A model generated the notes under the pieces. That model ran no database searches. It was given only the letters and a program-made list of their open reading frames with translations, and had not been told where the DNA came from. DNA of 61,375 nucleotides, filler included, from Collodictyon triciliatum (Eukaryota): the NCBI GenBank assembly GCA_043381765.1. It is 21 parts of 21 records of this genome, joined end to end, with 100 filler letters (N's around TTAATTAATTAA, not from the genome) between each part and the next. Parts side by side here need not be neighbours in the genome. Positions count along the whole stretch, not along the records: positions 1 to 2,835 come from JBHJMP010008218.1; positions 2,936 to 5,769 come from JBHJMP010008219.1; positions 5,870 to 8,699 come from JBHJMP010008220.1; positions 8,800 to 11,633 come from JBHJMP010008221.1; 17 more parts are not named here. One strand, given 5' to 3'. Positions 1-11,733 of this stretch are shown in pieces. The position numbers and the translations under genes are program-made. Positions within the stretch are counted from its first letter, which is position 1, and every line of letters begins with the position of its first letter.

Positions 1-42
1 TTTTGTTTTTGTTTTTGTTTTTGTTTTTGTTTTTGTTTTTGT

Positions 43-100
<58 letters not shown>

Positions 101-108
101 TCCCTTGG

Positions 109-2551
109 TCACATAAAACTGACCCGGTGGCGAAATCCTTCGACAAACTGGGGTTGGTTCTGCGATTGGGTGTTCGGTTGGTTTGAAGGACGAGAGAGTG
201 TCGGGGTTGTGGATCTGCTGTTACTTTTGTTCTGATATTGGACCGGAATATCCCCAGGGCTCTTGGATCTTGGGTCAGTCTAAAAAGAAACGTCAAGTTG
301 GTTAAAGAACTGGGATAAATGACGTTATTTCAAATCGTTGAATCTCGAGATAGTTTTCCCTTCCTTTTTTCTTTGGAAAAGATAAAGTGAGACATAAAAA
401 AATCGAAGAAGAAAAGACCAAAGAGCATTATGGTTGCATTATTTAAAATATTTTCAATGAATATAGCTGTCCCAGATGGCTTCAAATATTTTATATTCCT
501 ATAAATTTGTCTCACATACATATTCTCTAGTCATGACAGTCCCTGATTCACATGAACTTGCAGAGCTTTGTTGCCTGTATAGTATGGCCCAGTTTTCCTT
601 TACCTCATCGCGAATATGCTGACTTTCCTCTGACTTTGTAGTCCTAGTTAAAAAATACATTTAAAGAATATACTAATAACAGTAAAATATGTAAACGCAT
701 CGACGCCCCGACCCGTTTTTTCTTCTGTCGTTTCATATTCAATCTATGCTCTTATTATCAATTGTTTGCGCTATAATTTCCCCCCATAATTATTGATACT
801 ATTGTGAATAAATGAAACGTATACTACGGATATAATTTACCTCGTTTTTGGGTCAAAAGACCTCGCACTTTTGTCCATGTAACTACTTAATTTTGCCTCA
901 ATTTGTTGGCAAACGTGGACATGAGCATGCAACTCTGCCTTAAGCCTTTTAAGCTTCTGAATTTCGTCTTCCAGTAATATCCTTTTTGTTTCTATAGTAT
1001 TATTTTTAAAGTTAATTTTGAGAACATGACTAATGGTTTGTTGTTTGAAAATTAATCCAGTCATTTTGTCTAATTTACTTATTTTGTGATAGAAGAACAG
1101 AAGCCACGCTTTTTGACATTTTCAGGTTCTGAGTATTTTTCCCAAAGGAGATAGAAAAAAAAACAATGACCCAGATTTTTGGAATAATATGAACCTTCAC
1201 TCCATGATGATATTGCACTCATAGAACTTTGCTGAGAACGGAGAAGCTCTTTCGTTTCATGTTGAAGTTTTTCGAGCATGACCCTCAACTCAGTTGTACT
1301 TGCCTATGAATGTACAGAAGAAAGAATATTGATATACTACATAATAAAAAAAAAATCATGAACTAGCTTCTAAGAATCACTGTTTCGCGCTGTGGATTTT
1401 GCATTTTTTTTTTTAAAAAAAAAAAAGGAGGGAGAGGGGGAAGCTAAAGGTACGAATTGACATGTGATTGAAGTTCATAAGATCGATGAGGAATATTTTG
1501 AAGAAGATATTATTCAGATGTATACCTTCGATAGATCCCCGTATGCTGACGAAATAAGCTGAACATCATCACTATCAGCCAAGGGGGAGATTGTCTCCCC
1601 ACCGAAACTGCCCCTGGCTAAAGGATATGTCACCCTGGATATTACTTGCTGATCTGAGCTACACGTGGAACGAACGGAACGAAGCGAAGAACTTCTCAGT
1701 GGGTCCAGGGGCGGCTTCGATCCCGTGTTCGGTCGAAAAGTATAATCGGTGGAATTGTATGGGGCTGGTGCGTTCTCGTCCCTGTCAAGCTGCTGAATGA
1801 AATGGGTCATTTCGTCCACAAATTCATTTGCTGTCGATACGTCCTCTGAAAAGGTATGTCTCTGGCCTGCACAAAACCCAGAGGTTTGGATACGTGGGAG
1901 AGCATTTAGATGTATGCCTGTGAATTGGCTCTGTGTCTTTTGGTGGTTGGTTGTATTCCCTCTCTCATCGGCCAATATATACCCAGTGTCTCTTTGCCAT
2001 ATCCCTTGCGCGGTGATATCTGTCTTGGAAATTACTCCGGTCTGTCCAGCATTTACACCGAGTGGCTGAAGTCTATGACCCCCGTTTTGAGCAATAACCT
2101 TATCATCATCACCATCACCATCACCATCGTCGTCATCATCATCATCCAAATCAATACGTACAACACGTGCCATGTCCGTCTCTATCTGCTGAGATAGTCC
2201 CACTCTCACCACATCAGCTGAGTCAGGCTGCTCATGCAGAGTCCTTGGGGCTTCTCTGTTAGAATCTGCATGGGAGCCAATCAGCGATAAAGTGTCTTGC
2301 GCGGCTGTGTGTGCAGGTGCGAATGTTCTATGTGCGGATGTGCGGGACTGTGCGCTCTTTTCCGAGGCGAAGGCGATCGATGCGATGGACTCAGCGCGTG
2401 GACTCAGCGGAGGACATGCGGAAGTCTCGTTTGTGTCCCTTGCCTCGTGGATTGACCCTGTTTGTCGCGTTGTGCTTTGTGAGTTTTGCGACCGTAGTGT
2501 GGCCAGGAAATGCTTCGATGAGAAGGTCGGCATTGGTCCGGTCGGTCGCAT
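109..2551 (-). CDS. Multi-exon hypothetical protein: long disordered/acidic first exon, then coiled-coil exons
   Basis: 345-aa ORF 1514-2551 ending at a GT donor (LSK|gtatac). Downstream exons read ELRVMLEKLQHETKELL, ETKRILLEDEIQKLKRLKAEL and TDPRSKSP...RHRVSFM* (TGA 109-111). No family recognised. Confidence 0.55.
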
Positions 2552-2835
2552 TGTGGATCTGGGCTGTTTCGTGTTTAAGTGTATGGGTAGATGTTCTTTC
2601 TTTTCTTTTCTTTTTTTTCTTTTTTCTTTTTCTTTTTCTTTTTTCTTTTTTCTTTTTTTCTTTTTTTCTTTTTTTCTTTCTTTCCATTATTCGATTCAGG
2701 GCAGAGAAGTTTTTTTCGTTTATTATTTATGGTGCGTCTGTCTTGTTTTTTTATTGTTTTTATTGTTTTTTTATTGTTTTTTATTGTTTTTTGTTGTTTT
2801 TTTATTGTTTTTTGTTGTTTTTTATTGTTTTTATT

Positions 2836-2935
2836 NNNNNNNNNNNNNNNNNNNNNNNNNNNNNNNNNNNNNNNNNNNNTTAATTAATTAANNNNNNNNN
2901 NNNNNNNNNNNNNNNNNNNNNNNNNNNNNNNNNNN
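2836..2935. other. Artificial contig-joining linker N44-TTAATTAATTAA-N44 (first of 20)
   Basis: Identical 100-bp linkers start at 2836, 5770, 8700, 11634, 14565, 17495, 20424, 23353, 26282, 29210, 32137, 35064, 37991, 40917, 43842, 46767, 49690, 52612, 55534 and 58456. The 12-mer puts stops in all six frames, and contig lengths drift from ~2835 to ~2820 bp (roughly size-sorted). Confidence 0.98.
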
Positions 2936-3013
<78 letters not shown>

Positions 3014-4556
3014 TAACAATAACAATAACAATAACGCTTCAAGGTTTTGATCGCAAGTGATTACCAGCAAACAGCTAATAAAAGGAAAAGTTCATGCAAG
3101 AACTGAAAAGGAGAAAGTCTATGGTAAGTCTTGATGAGTCTCAGCCTTCTTCGGAAAGGCAAAGTGTTCTCGGCCGTTTCCTGCTTCTCTTGAGTTGCGT
3201 TTTGTTTGTTTTGTTTGTTTTGTTTGTTTTGTTTGTTTTGTTTGCTCAGCAGTCGACATAGGACATGGCAAACCATGAATTGGTCGGGCGAGACAATGCG
3301 TTTTGAATGCGAAATGAAAAAAGGGAGGAAAATAAAATAAAAAAGTAGCCTGTTTTGGAAAACCGTTATTTCATTTTAATGTGGAATATATGTTTTCTCC
3401 AGCACACTCAAACACTAAATTGGGGGTTTCTCGTTTTTTCGCTTTTTAATATCTGTAGATTTGTTTTGTACAGACGGGACCTCCTCACCCGAACACCTTC
3501 TTCAAAGACGTGTCTTGCCAAGCCATCATGACAATATAAATCACAGTGAACAATTAAATTTCTTATATAAATGGTTTAAAAAAGGTTACAGGATGCAATA
3601 GCAATGAAAAATTAGAAACCGAGACGGCTTGTGAGGTCTGCATTTGACTAGATTCAGCCTTTTAGATTTACTGGGAGAAATATATATATATGAGTGTCTT
3701 TTTCCACATCCACCAGTAAGGTCGCTATCTTTGAGCAGTTGAGAAAATGGTATGTGTTTATTTATGGTTGGTATTCTTTTTTTTTTTTTTGGGTAAACCA
3801 TACTTCTTAGTCAAAAATGAAATGACCAGCTCGGTGAGGATATCTTTAGGCGGAAAGCAGTATCGGGAGATGAACAATAGCCCATAGCGGGTCACCATCT
3901 ATCGATGGAGTTCGGAGCGGGTACAAGTGGACCGTTGTCATCCCATTCGATTCCTTTTCTCCAATGTCTTCTGAGACGACAGCCCATCCCAAAGTAGGGT
4001 GGGATGCATTCACACCTTCATGAACGAGGGGTCGAAGATATCGAGTTTAAAATAATATCAACATAATTGAACCAAATTGAGAGAAGGTGGTGTTTATATT
4101 CATGAGAAATCGTGGTTTTCGACACAGAGATACGAGTAAATCATTTTTGCTGATTTAAACATCTTTATTGCTATACAGAACTTCCAGATGACTGAGTTAC
4201 CTGGTCATATTAGTTGCAGTGTCAATAACTCGGCGACCCGCCGTCTTGCTGCATGGGTCCGGAGCCCCTAGTTTGAGGGAACACAAGATAAATGAAAGAT
4301 AAAGAAGCTCAAGGGAATAATCTATACAGCACACAATAATTTGTCGCAGAGATTGAGATATTCAAATTATAGGCATAAATCGAGAAGAAAACAAACGAAT
4401 TCCGCAGTCGTCGCCTTTCCACTCACGAGAACATTCGCATACCCCGTCGCGGCAGCCGCCATGACCCTGACAATCGTTCGGGCAACGTACTGTGTTTTAT
4501 GAATAGTTCAATAATGTAACAATAAAACATCCCAATCATAATCATAAGCACAATCA

Positions 4557-4670
4557 TAATAGTAATAGTAATAGTAATAGTAATAGTAATAGTAATAGTA
4601 ATAGTAATAGTAATAGTAATAGTAATAGTAATAGTAATAGTAATAGTAATAGTAATAGTAATAGTAATAG
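4557..4670. repeat. (TAATAG)n microsatellite
   Basis: Direct reading of a hexamer tandem array. Confidence 0.95.
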
Positions 4671-5675
4671 TGGTAGTATGTATTGGAGATGGAAAAAAAT
4701 ATAATATAGCTCTACACGCGCACTCAAGAGGGATTTTTTATTTGATTTGTTAAAAGAAATTGGTTTAAACAGAAAACTATAAATATGATTCACAAATAGC
4801 GATTTCTTTGAATATGGTCGATACCATCAGCTTTTCGATTTACAGCAAGTTGGCCTTCTGTCTGCTTTTGTCTATTGAATAATAGTTTCGGATAACCCTA
4901 AAGTTGCTAACGCACATACGGAAAAGCATTGAAGCAGAAAAGAGTAATACCTTATGTAGTTTTTTGCATGAAATCTCCGCGCGTCACTTATGTCCCATAT
5001 ACTGAATTCAGTTAGTACATCCTCTATAAGTGTGGTGCGTTTGAATGAAAGTTCATACTATGAAATGGTATTGAATAGCTTCATATAAAATGCAACAAAG
5101 ATAAACGACGAGTCAAAAGCTACCTTTGAGTTGAGCAGTTAGGTAATTGATGTGCGATACATATACATTACACAAACACTAAAGAAAAACAAATCATTAT
5201 GTGGATTTTTAGGAGCGAAAATATGGATTAAAGTTGATATGATATCAAATTGTTTTGAAAGAAAAGAATTCGTTCAGTACTCCTGGAATGTTTTACAGAC
5301 TACATCAAGCAGGTATATAAATATGTGGATAAACATTTTAGGTAAGAAAACAAACTTTTGTGTGCTGAACTACACAAAAATTATGCGGTCGGCCGAGGCT
5401 TTGTTGGCCATTTCGGAACATACATATTGGAAGCTCTCTCCAATTAATATTTCTCCTATGTAACATAATTTTCATATGAATACTTTAAAGGGGTTGTCAT
5501 ATGTGTCAATTTATTTATCTCCTCCAAATGTCCAAGAGCATATCATAGTTATCGTCATTACAACCTTTCTCGCATAATTTCATTTAGTGTGATCTGCTCC
5601 ATTCCGTGCCCAACAACAGTTCTTCAAAGGCAATTTTAATACATTTAAGGGACAGCTTACACACATACCCATGAG

Positions 5676-5769
<94 letters not shown>

Positions 5770-6257
5770 NNNNNNNNNNNNNNNNNNNNNNNNNNNNNNN
5801 NNNNNNNNNNNNNTTAATTAATTAANNNNNNNNNNNNNNNNNNNNNNNNNNNNNNNNNNNNNNNNNNNNTTTTCTTTTTCTTTTCTTTTTCTTTTCTTTT
5901 CTTTTCTTTTCTTTTCTTTTCTTTTCTTTTCTTTTCTTTTCTTTTCTTTTCTTTTCTTTTTTTGTCGCTATTATCCACGGGTCACAGCGCCAACACTTTG
6001 TGGAAACTAATTTGAATAGCGATAGCATGCAAAAATTGAATCGCAATACAGAAGCGGACTTTTTTTTTTCCATCTGTTAAAGAAGCGATACTTCGCGCGC
6101 GCTGTGGAGATGTCGATGAGAATTTATGATTATACTGGAGGGGGTATACAATATTTCGATTGGTAACATGGTTCGTTAGTATCCAAGGTCCCATCACTTT
6201 TTTCACAAAGGTCATGTAGTGGCGAAGGCTGCCAGGATAGACCCGACGATATATTTT

Positions 6258-8353
6258 TTAAGGAGATATATGCATTCTTTGTAGGATAAAAAGAACTTTG
6301 TTGAGTATATTTTTAGCGCTGTTTAACTCCCTTGTCGAGAATACACTTTGTTTGCTTTCTGAGCGATTACATTCTTTGCATATGTGACATTTACACTTTT
6401 TTTTTGAATTTCCTTTCAGTTTCATATATTCCAGTTCTTTTTCGCAGTTGCAGCAAATCTTGGAGGTTCTAAATTCATCTATACTAACTGCTTCAAAACG
6501 ATTGGATAGTATTTTTCGTAATCCTCTTCCGATTGTTGGCATAAAACATTTCATCGGAGATTTTCTGCTCCAGTCTCCATACGTCAGTACAACATCCTTG
6601 CCAAATGCCTTTTTGATTCGGTCCATAAACAATTCTTCACTGCTTTTTGTATTACCATACTGTCTCCATCTCACTTTTCGAAAAGTTACTTGTTCATAAA
6701 ATCTGGATAATTCTATCTGATATCTTGATTTCATAGATACTTATTTTCGAAATTATTCATAATCGACCATGCGTGAATTATGTTTACTCAGTTCTGTCTC
6801 TAAATCGATTAAATATACTAATGATGTCTCAAACTGCTGATTCTCTTCAAAAGCCCTGTGACCAAAAGAAACAACACTGTGTAAACCTGTTTCCATGCAT
6901 ACCCCTGAAGTATTGTACTTTTCTTTTTTCTCGCGTAAGAGTATTTTGTGATTTTTAAGAGATTTGCTACCATGTCTTCTTTGGTGTGTCGTGTAACGTA
7001 ATTTCTTACCTGTCTCATCCACCATGTAAACCAAACTAAACTTGCCAACATTCTCTCAAACTACTATTTTTTTGCCGCTAATAAAGATTTTTTTTTCCTT
7101 TATTCGATTCAAAGTGTAGCGAGGTTATGCCATACAAAGGGGGCGGGATGGGAGCGCATGGGAGAGAGCAAACGCGAGTAGGAGAAGACATTACCGTGGA
7201 GAGGGTAGCACTGGAAAGAAATCAGTGATAGCGAGTTGGTCAGGTGGGCGACCCAACTGGTTGATTGGTTGCGTGGGTAGCAGGGGTTGAAATTGCCGCT
7301 AATAAAGATAACTGCTCTTCGGAAAGCTCATGTATATAGACATATTCTTGGATTTTTGATTAAATTGGAATCTTGAAATTGAAAACCCATTCTTTTCTAA
7401 CAATAATGACACCGCCAAGCCGTCTGTTTGTATCATGTATTTAAAATTGTAGTATCTTTGATGAAAACCCCTCTTCTCCATTTCAAAGATCTTATCCCAT
7501 TGGGTCTCTTTGCATCCTGATATATTCTTCAGTAATAATGTTTTTCCAGTTGATACTAATAGATATATCAAGCGTGCAGTATCTAAAGTAATATGACATG
7601 GTGTATTGTTTGTTCTTATAGAGATTGGTTGAAGCAGTTTGGTTCCAATGTCATCAAAAATGCGATTCATGTAAATCAGACATGGAATGTACTTATTTGG
7701 ATTGACTTTGATGCCATATTTGATACCATTTTCAATGTCGCTGGGAATGATACAATGCAAATGCATTATAGCCCATTCTTCATATTGTTCCGGTATTTCG
7801 AGATTCTTGAAGATGGCTTTTTTAACTTTCGTAAATCTGCTTTTTTAATAGCTTCCGTAATATTCTCATCTTTAGGAAGTATTTGATTTATAAAACGCAA
7901 TAACCTCTTTACGAAATGTTCCTTAATGTTATTATGATAAGCTGTTAACATTTGCTTCGCCAAGTACGGTAACACATGAGACAGTCTAACCAATCGGAAA
8001 GCGTTCTTTTCGGGACAAAAGGAATCGAAAATCATTGAAAAAAAATCATCATGTCGATACTCATTTCTGGATGGTTTAATCTCGCGAGTCTATCTTGTGA
8101 AACTATTCTGACTGTTTGTAAAGCGTACAAAAAACATTTCATCGATTGTTGGGAGTTGTTGTGATTTCGATATGTAACATCTTGCAAACAGATAAGTGTC
8201 GGTAACCAATTTATGACACAATAGAACCATATAGTTGATTTTGTCATAGTCATCTGCATTTTTTACAATCGACTTTAGAGATGTTTTCACATTTCGGTAG
8301 TCTGGTTTTACATACTTGAGATTCTCAGATTCAAGGCGTTTTCTTTTCCTCAT
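6258..8353 (-). pseudogene. Fanzor1 (eukaryotic TnpB/Cas12-like RNA-guided nuclease), frameshifted and interrupted
   Basis: Collinear ORF pieces in shifting frames: MRKRKR..KTSLKSIVKN, MLTAYHNNIKEHF, QPISIRTNNTPCHITLDT, MIQTDGLAVSLL, LVYMVDETGKKLRYT, FYEQVTFRKVRW, YGDWS, MPTIGRGLRK, IDEFRTSKICCNC, CKEC, TRELNSAKNI. No introns evident. RuvC-I DPG is lost and RuvC-III RD has become RE. Confidence 0.9.
7072..7309 (-). mobile_element. 5'-truncated non-LTR retrotransposon insertion (204 bp, 7089-7292) with 17-bp TSD, inside the Fanzor
   Basis: TTGCCGCTAATAAAGAT is repeated exactly at 7072-7088 and 7293-7309. The insert ends (minus strand) in ...CCTCGCTACACTTTGAATCGAATAAAGG-polyA and begins with 33 open codons followed by TAA. 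Confidence 0.9.
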
Positions 8354-9054
8354 CTGAAAGCCTTTGTTTTACCTTTTCCTCTAGAAAACTACCGAGTTTT
8401 CAATTTTAATAAAACTTAATTCAATTAGTCAATTTAATAAAAAAAAAATACCTGCATAAAATCAATTCAGGTAAAGTGAAGCATCTACCGAGACTCTCAA
8501 AATGTGCGCATTGTGACAAACAAACTCACCAAGTTTTTTATATGTGATTTGAGAAAAAACGCTGAGAGCCGATTGGCGAGTTCGAAATGACAGCTGTTTT
8601 GCCATTGCGACTGAAAGTCAACATATCGGCCCCAAACAACATGATTACCACCGCAAGTGTGGATAGTATGCTTTTTTGAAATGCATGTTTGGTGGCAGGN
8701 NNNNNNNNNNNNNNNNNNNNNNNNNNNNNNNNNNNNNNNNNNNTTAATTAATTAANNNNNNNNNNNNNNNNNNNNNNNNNNNNNNNNNNNNNNNNNNNNT
8801 TTTTATTTTTTATTTTTTATTTTTTATTTTTTATTTTTTATTTTTTATTTTTTATTTTGATCTTTGTAGTGTTTGAACTTTTAACCACAATTCTACGTCG
8901 CATTGATATTTATAGATAAGGGGACACAGTGTAATTTATCACCATACTATCATTCAACGAATTACAATTCTTTCTACCGTGTATTCAAAATAAACATAAC
9001 TTCGAATTAAATAAGGTGAATGCAGTATCCCGCTTTCATCCCTCGTATCCCAAG

Positions 9055-11346
9055 AACCTATCGACAGTTGGTACGTGCTTCAATCTCCTCCTGGAGAACC
9101 TGACGTTCCTGTCGGAGACATTCGTCTGCAATTGCATCTAACCTATGACATAGTATGTATTCAAATCGCAACAATATGCCACTATACAAATCATTCCAAG
9201 AATCATCTGTCCCTACTATTTTGCTTAATTGTGCACTACCTGATTTTATAGAAGGAACAAACCATAAACAATTTTTAACTTTTCCTTTTTCACAAGGACG
9301 GAGATGATGATGCTTCCGAAAAGTCGATGAAGGGAAAACTATTTGTAAACAGTATGTTTGTTCATCGTACAAATAATGCCTTTTCCATGTTTATTTTCTA
9401 AATTAAAGAAACACAGTAAGAGAGGGTCGAAATCTGATGGCGGCTGACTTCAATGGTTTTCCACATTCACCTGAAAAAATCCCTCACAAATGAATAATAA
9501 TCATAATCATAATCATAATCATAATAATAATAATAATAATAATAATAATAGCAATAGTTTTAAGTATAATGATAATGATAATAGTAATAATAATAGTAAT
9601 AAATATAATTATAGAGCATATAAATGATGAACCCCTCATTTATATTCTCGTAAACCAGGTCTCAGCGATCCATACTATTTGATTAAGATGGGAAAGTCTG
9701 TAACAAAAGGCAGTGTGATACCGAAAACACTCAACCCTAAATGGAAAGATCAATTTACAATGTAATCTTGTCCATTCGCTTGACAGAAACAAACTAAAAA
9801 TAAAATAATTATTCAAATTCAAATTGCAGATGCTAAATTGATAGAAAACATGTAGCGAATGCGCTGTTTGAAACAGATCATATCTGGCTTTTCTTCTGCT
9901 GTTAACGTAGAGTTGTAATCTTTTCATCATAGTGACGTAACGAAATCTAAAGTAAAGATCGAGGTATACGATTATGACTTTGGGAATCCAAGCGACTTTT
10001 TAGGAAAGTGTATAATAGATTTGACTACTATTAAGGTTTTCTTCATTTTATGAATAAGATTTTTTTTTGTATCTTGAACATATATCGTAAACATCGTTAC
10101 GATACGAACCTTTTACTCCATAAGCCAAACCAAATCGTTGAGGATTGGCATTCCCTTCAACCGTCAGAAAACGGAGAGAAAGTAACTGGGGACATATACG
10201 TCGTCCTTCGGTATTTTCCAGAGGTACCGTTAGTCACTTTTTTTCCTAAAAAGAAATAAATTGGCCAACAAATTAACATGCAATTTTATTTAGTGCGATA
10301 ATATTGGTATTCTTTATTTTTATTTTATTTTTGTTAGTATTTTGGCATTCAGATTTTTATTTTCGTAACAAAATGAATCTTCGACTAGTTGCATTGCTCT
10401 TTTTCTTTCTTTTTCTTTCTTTTTCTTTCTTTTTCTTTCTTTTTCTTTCTTTTTCTTTCTTTTTCTTTCTTTTTCTTTCTTTTTCTTTCTTTTCTTTCCT
10501 TTTCTTTCTTTTCTTTCTTTTCTTTCTTTTCTTTCTTTTCTTTTAAGAAAAGTAACACATGCATTAATTCTTTTTTATCAGGATGTATTTGATACCGATT
10601 TGCTAGAGCAAAGAAATCGCGAAATCACAAAGTTACACGAGGTTTTTTTAAAAAAAAAAATTTTATATACTTAAAAGACATCAGACGTAATCATTTCACA
10701 TACTTTTGGTGTATGGAAAAAAAAACCAAACAGCCAGTACTATTGATGGTGTAATTGCACTATTGATTTCGTTACTATCACAACCATCTTTTATTATAGG
10801 CGATTATCACAATGCAAACAAACGAGGCCTTAGAGCTTATTAAAACCAAAGCACTAGTCAATTGTCGTGACCCAAGAGGTTTTTGCAAATTTTCGAACAC
10901 TTTGCAACATTTAATCGTGCATGCATGTGCACTTACATATTATTCTTGCATAAATACATTTCGTTGCTTCAATAATGCTTTGAATTCTCTCGGTTCAAAC
11001 TCTTGATGTATAGGTTTGACACCTCTCCACTGGGCAACAATAAATGGAATGCTTGTTATTGCCCGCTCGCTAATCGAGCATGGAGCAAAGGTTCTCTATC
11101 ATATTTTTGCCTTGTATTCCTCCAATTAAAAAGAACAATCGTGAAGAATTCGTCAAAAAATTTCGATTTCACTATTGATATTAGTAATCTTGGGAAAAGT
11201 GATATCTTTCTTTTTACTTTCATTCGTCTTTTTACTATTGTTCCCTCTTACTTTTCGACAGATGGATGTTACTGATGATAAAGGCTGGACTCCGATGTTT
11301 TATGCAGCCAGACATGGAAGAATGGAAATCATGAAGATGTTGACTG
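9055..11346 (+). CDS. C2-C2-ankyrin repeat protein (partial, multi-exon)
   Basis: Spliced exons give a C2 end (DSWYVLQ..GDIRLQL), a full C2 (GKLFVTVREGRNLMAADFNG-LSDPYY..KTLNPKW..EVYDYDFGNPSDFLG..DWHSLQ..GDIYV) and ankyrin repeats (GLTPLHWATING, GWTPMFYAARHG), with GT-AG introns. Confidence 0.85.
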
Positions 11347-11733
11347 GTAATATTACTTGCCATAATTGAATTTACTTTACATCTATAACAATACCTATAG
11401 TCACCATTATTCGTTAGTATTAGTATTACTATTATAGTTTGTAATATTCAATTCCTTCATTCCTTCCTTCCTTCCTTCCTTCCTTCCTTCCTTCCTTCCT
11501 TCCTTCCTTCCTTCCTTCCTTCCTTCCTTCCTTCCTTCCTTTTTCTTTTCTTTTCTTTTCTTTTCTTTTCTTTTCTTTTCTTTTCTTTTCTTTTCTTTTC
11601 TTTTCTTTTCTTTTCTTTTCTTTTCTTTTCTTTNNNNNNNNNNNNNNNNNNNNNNNNNNNNNNNNNNNNNNNNNNNNTTAATTAATTAANNNNNNNNNNN
11701 NNNNNNNNNNNNNNNNNNNNNNNNNNNNNNNNN

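Noticed and set aside
5960-6300. omegaRNA and right end of the Fanzor element
   Set aside because: This is the expected location, but similarity fades after NSAKNIL and I see no convincing hairpin scaffold or terminal repeat. It needs multi-copy alignment, so it is not called.
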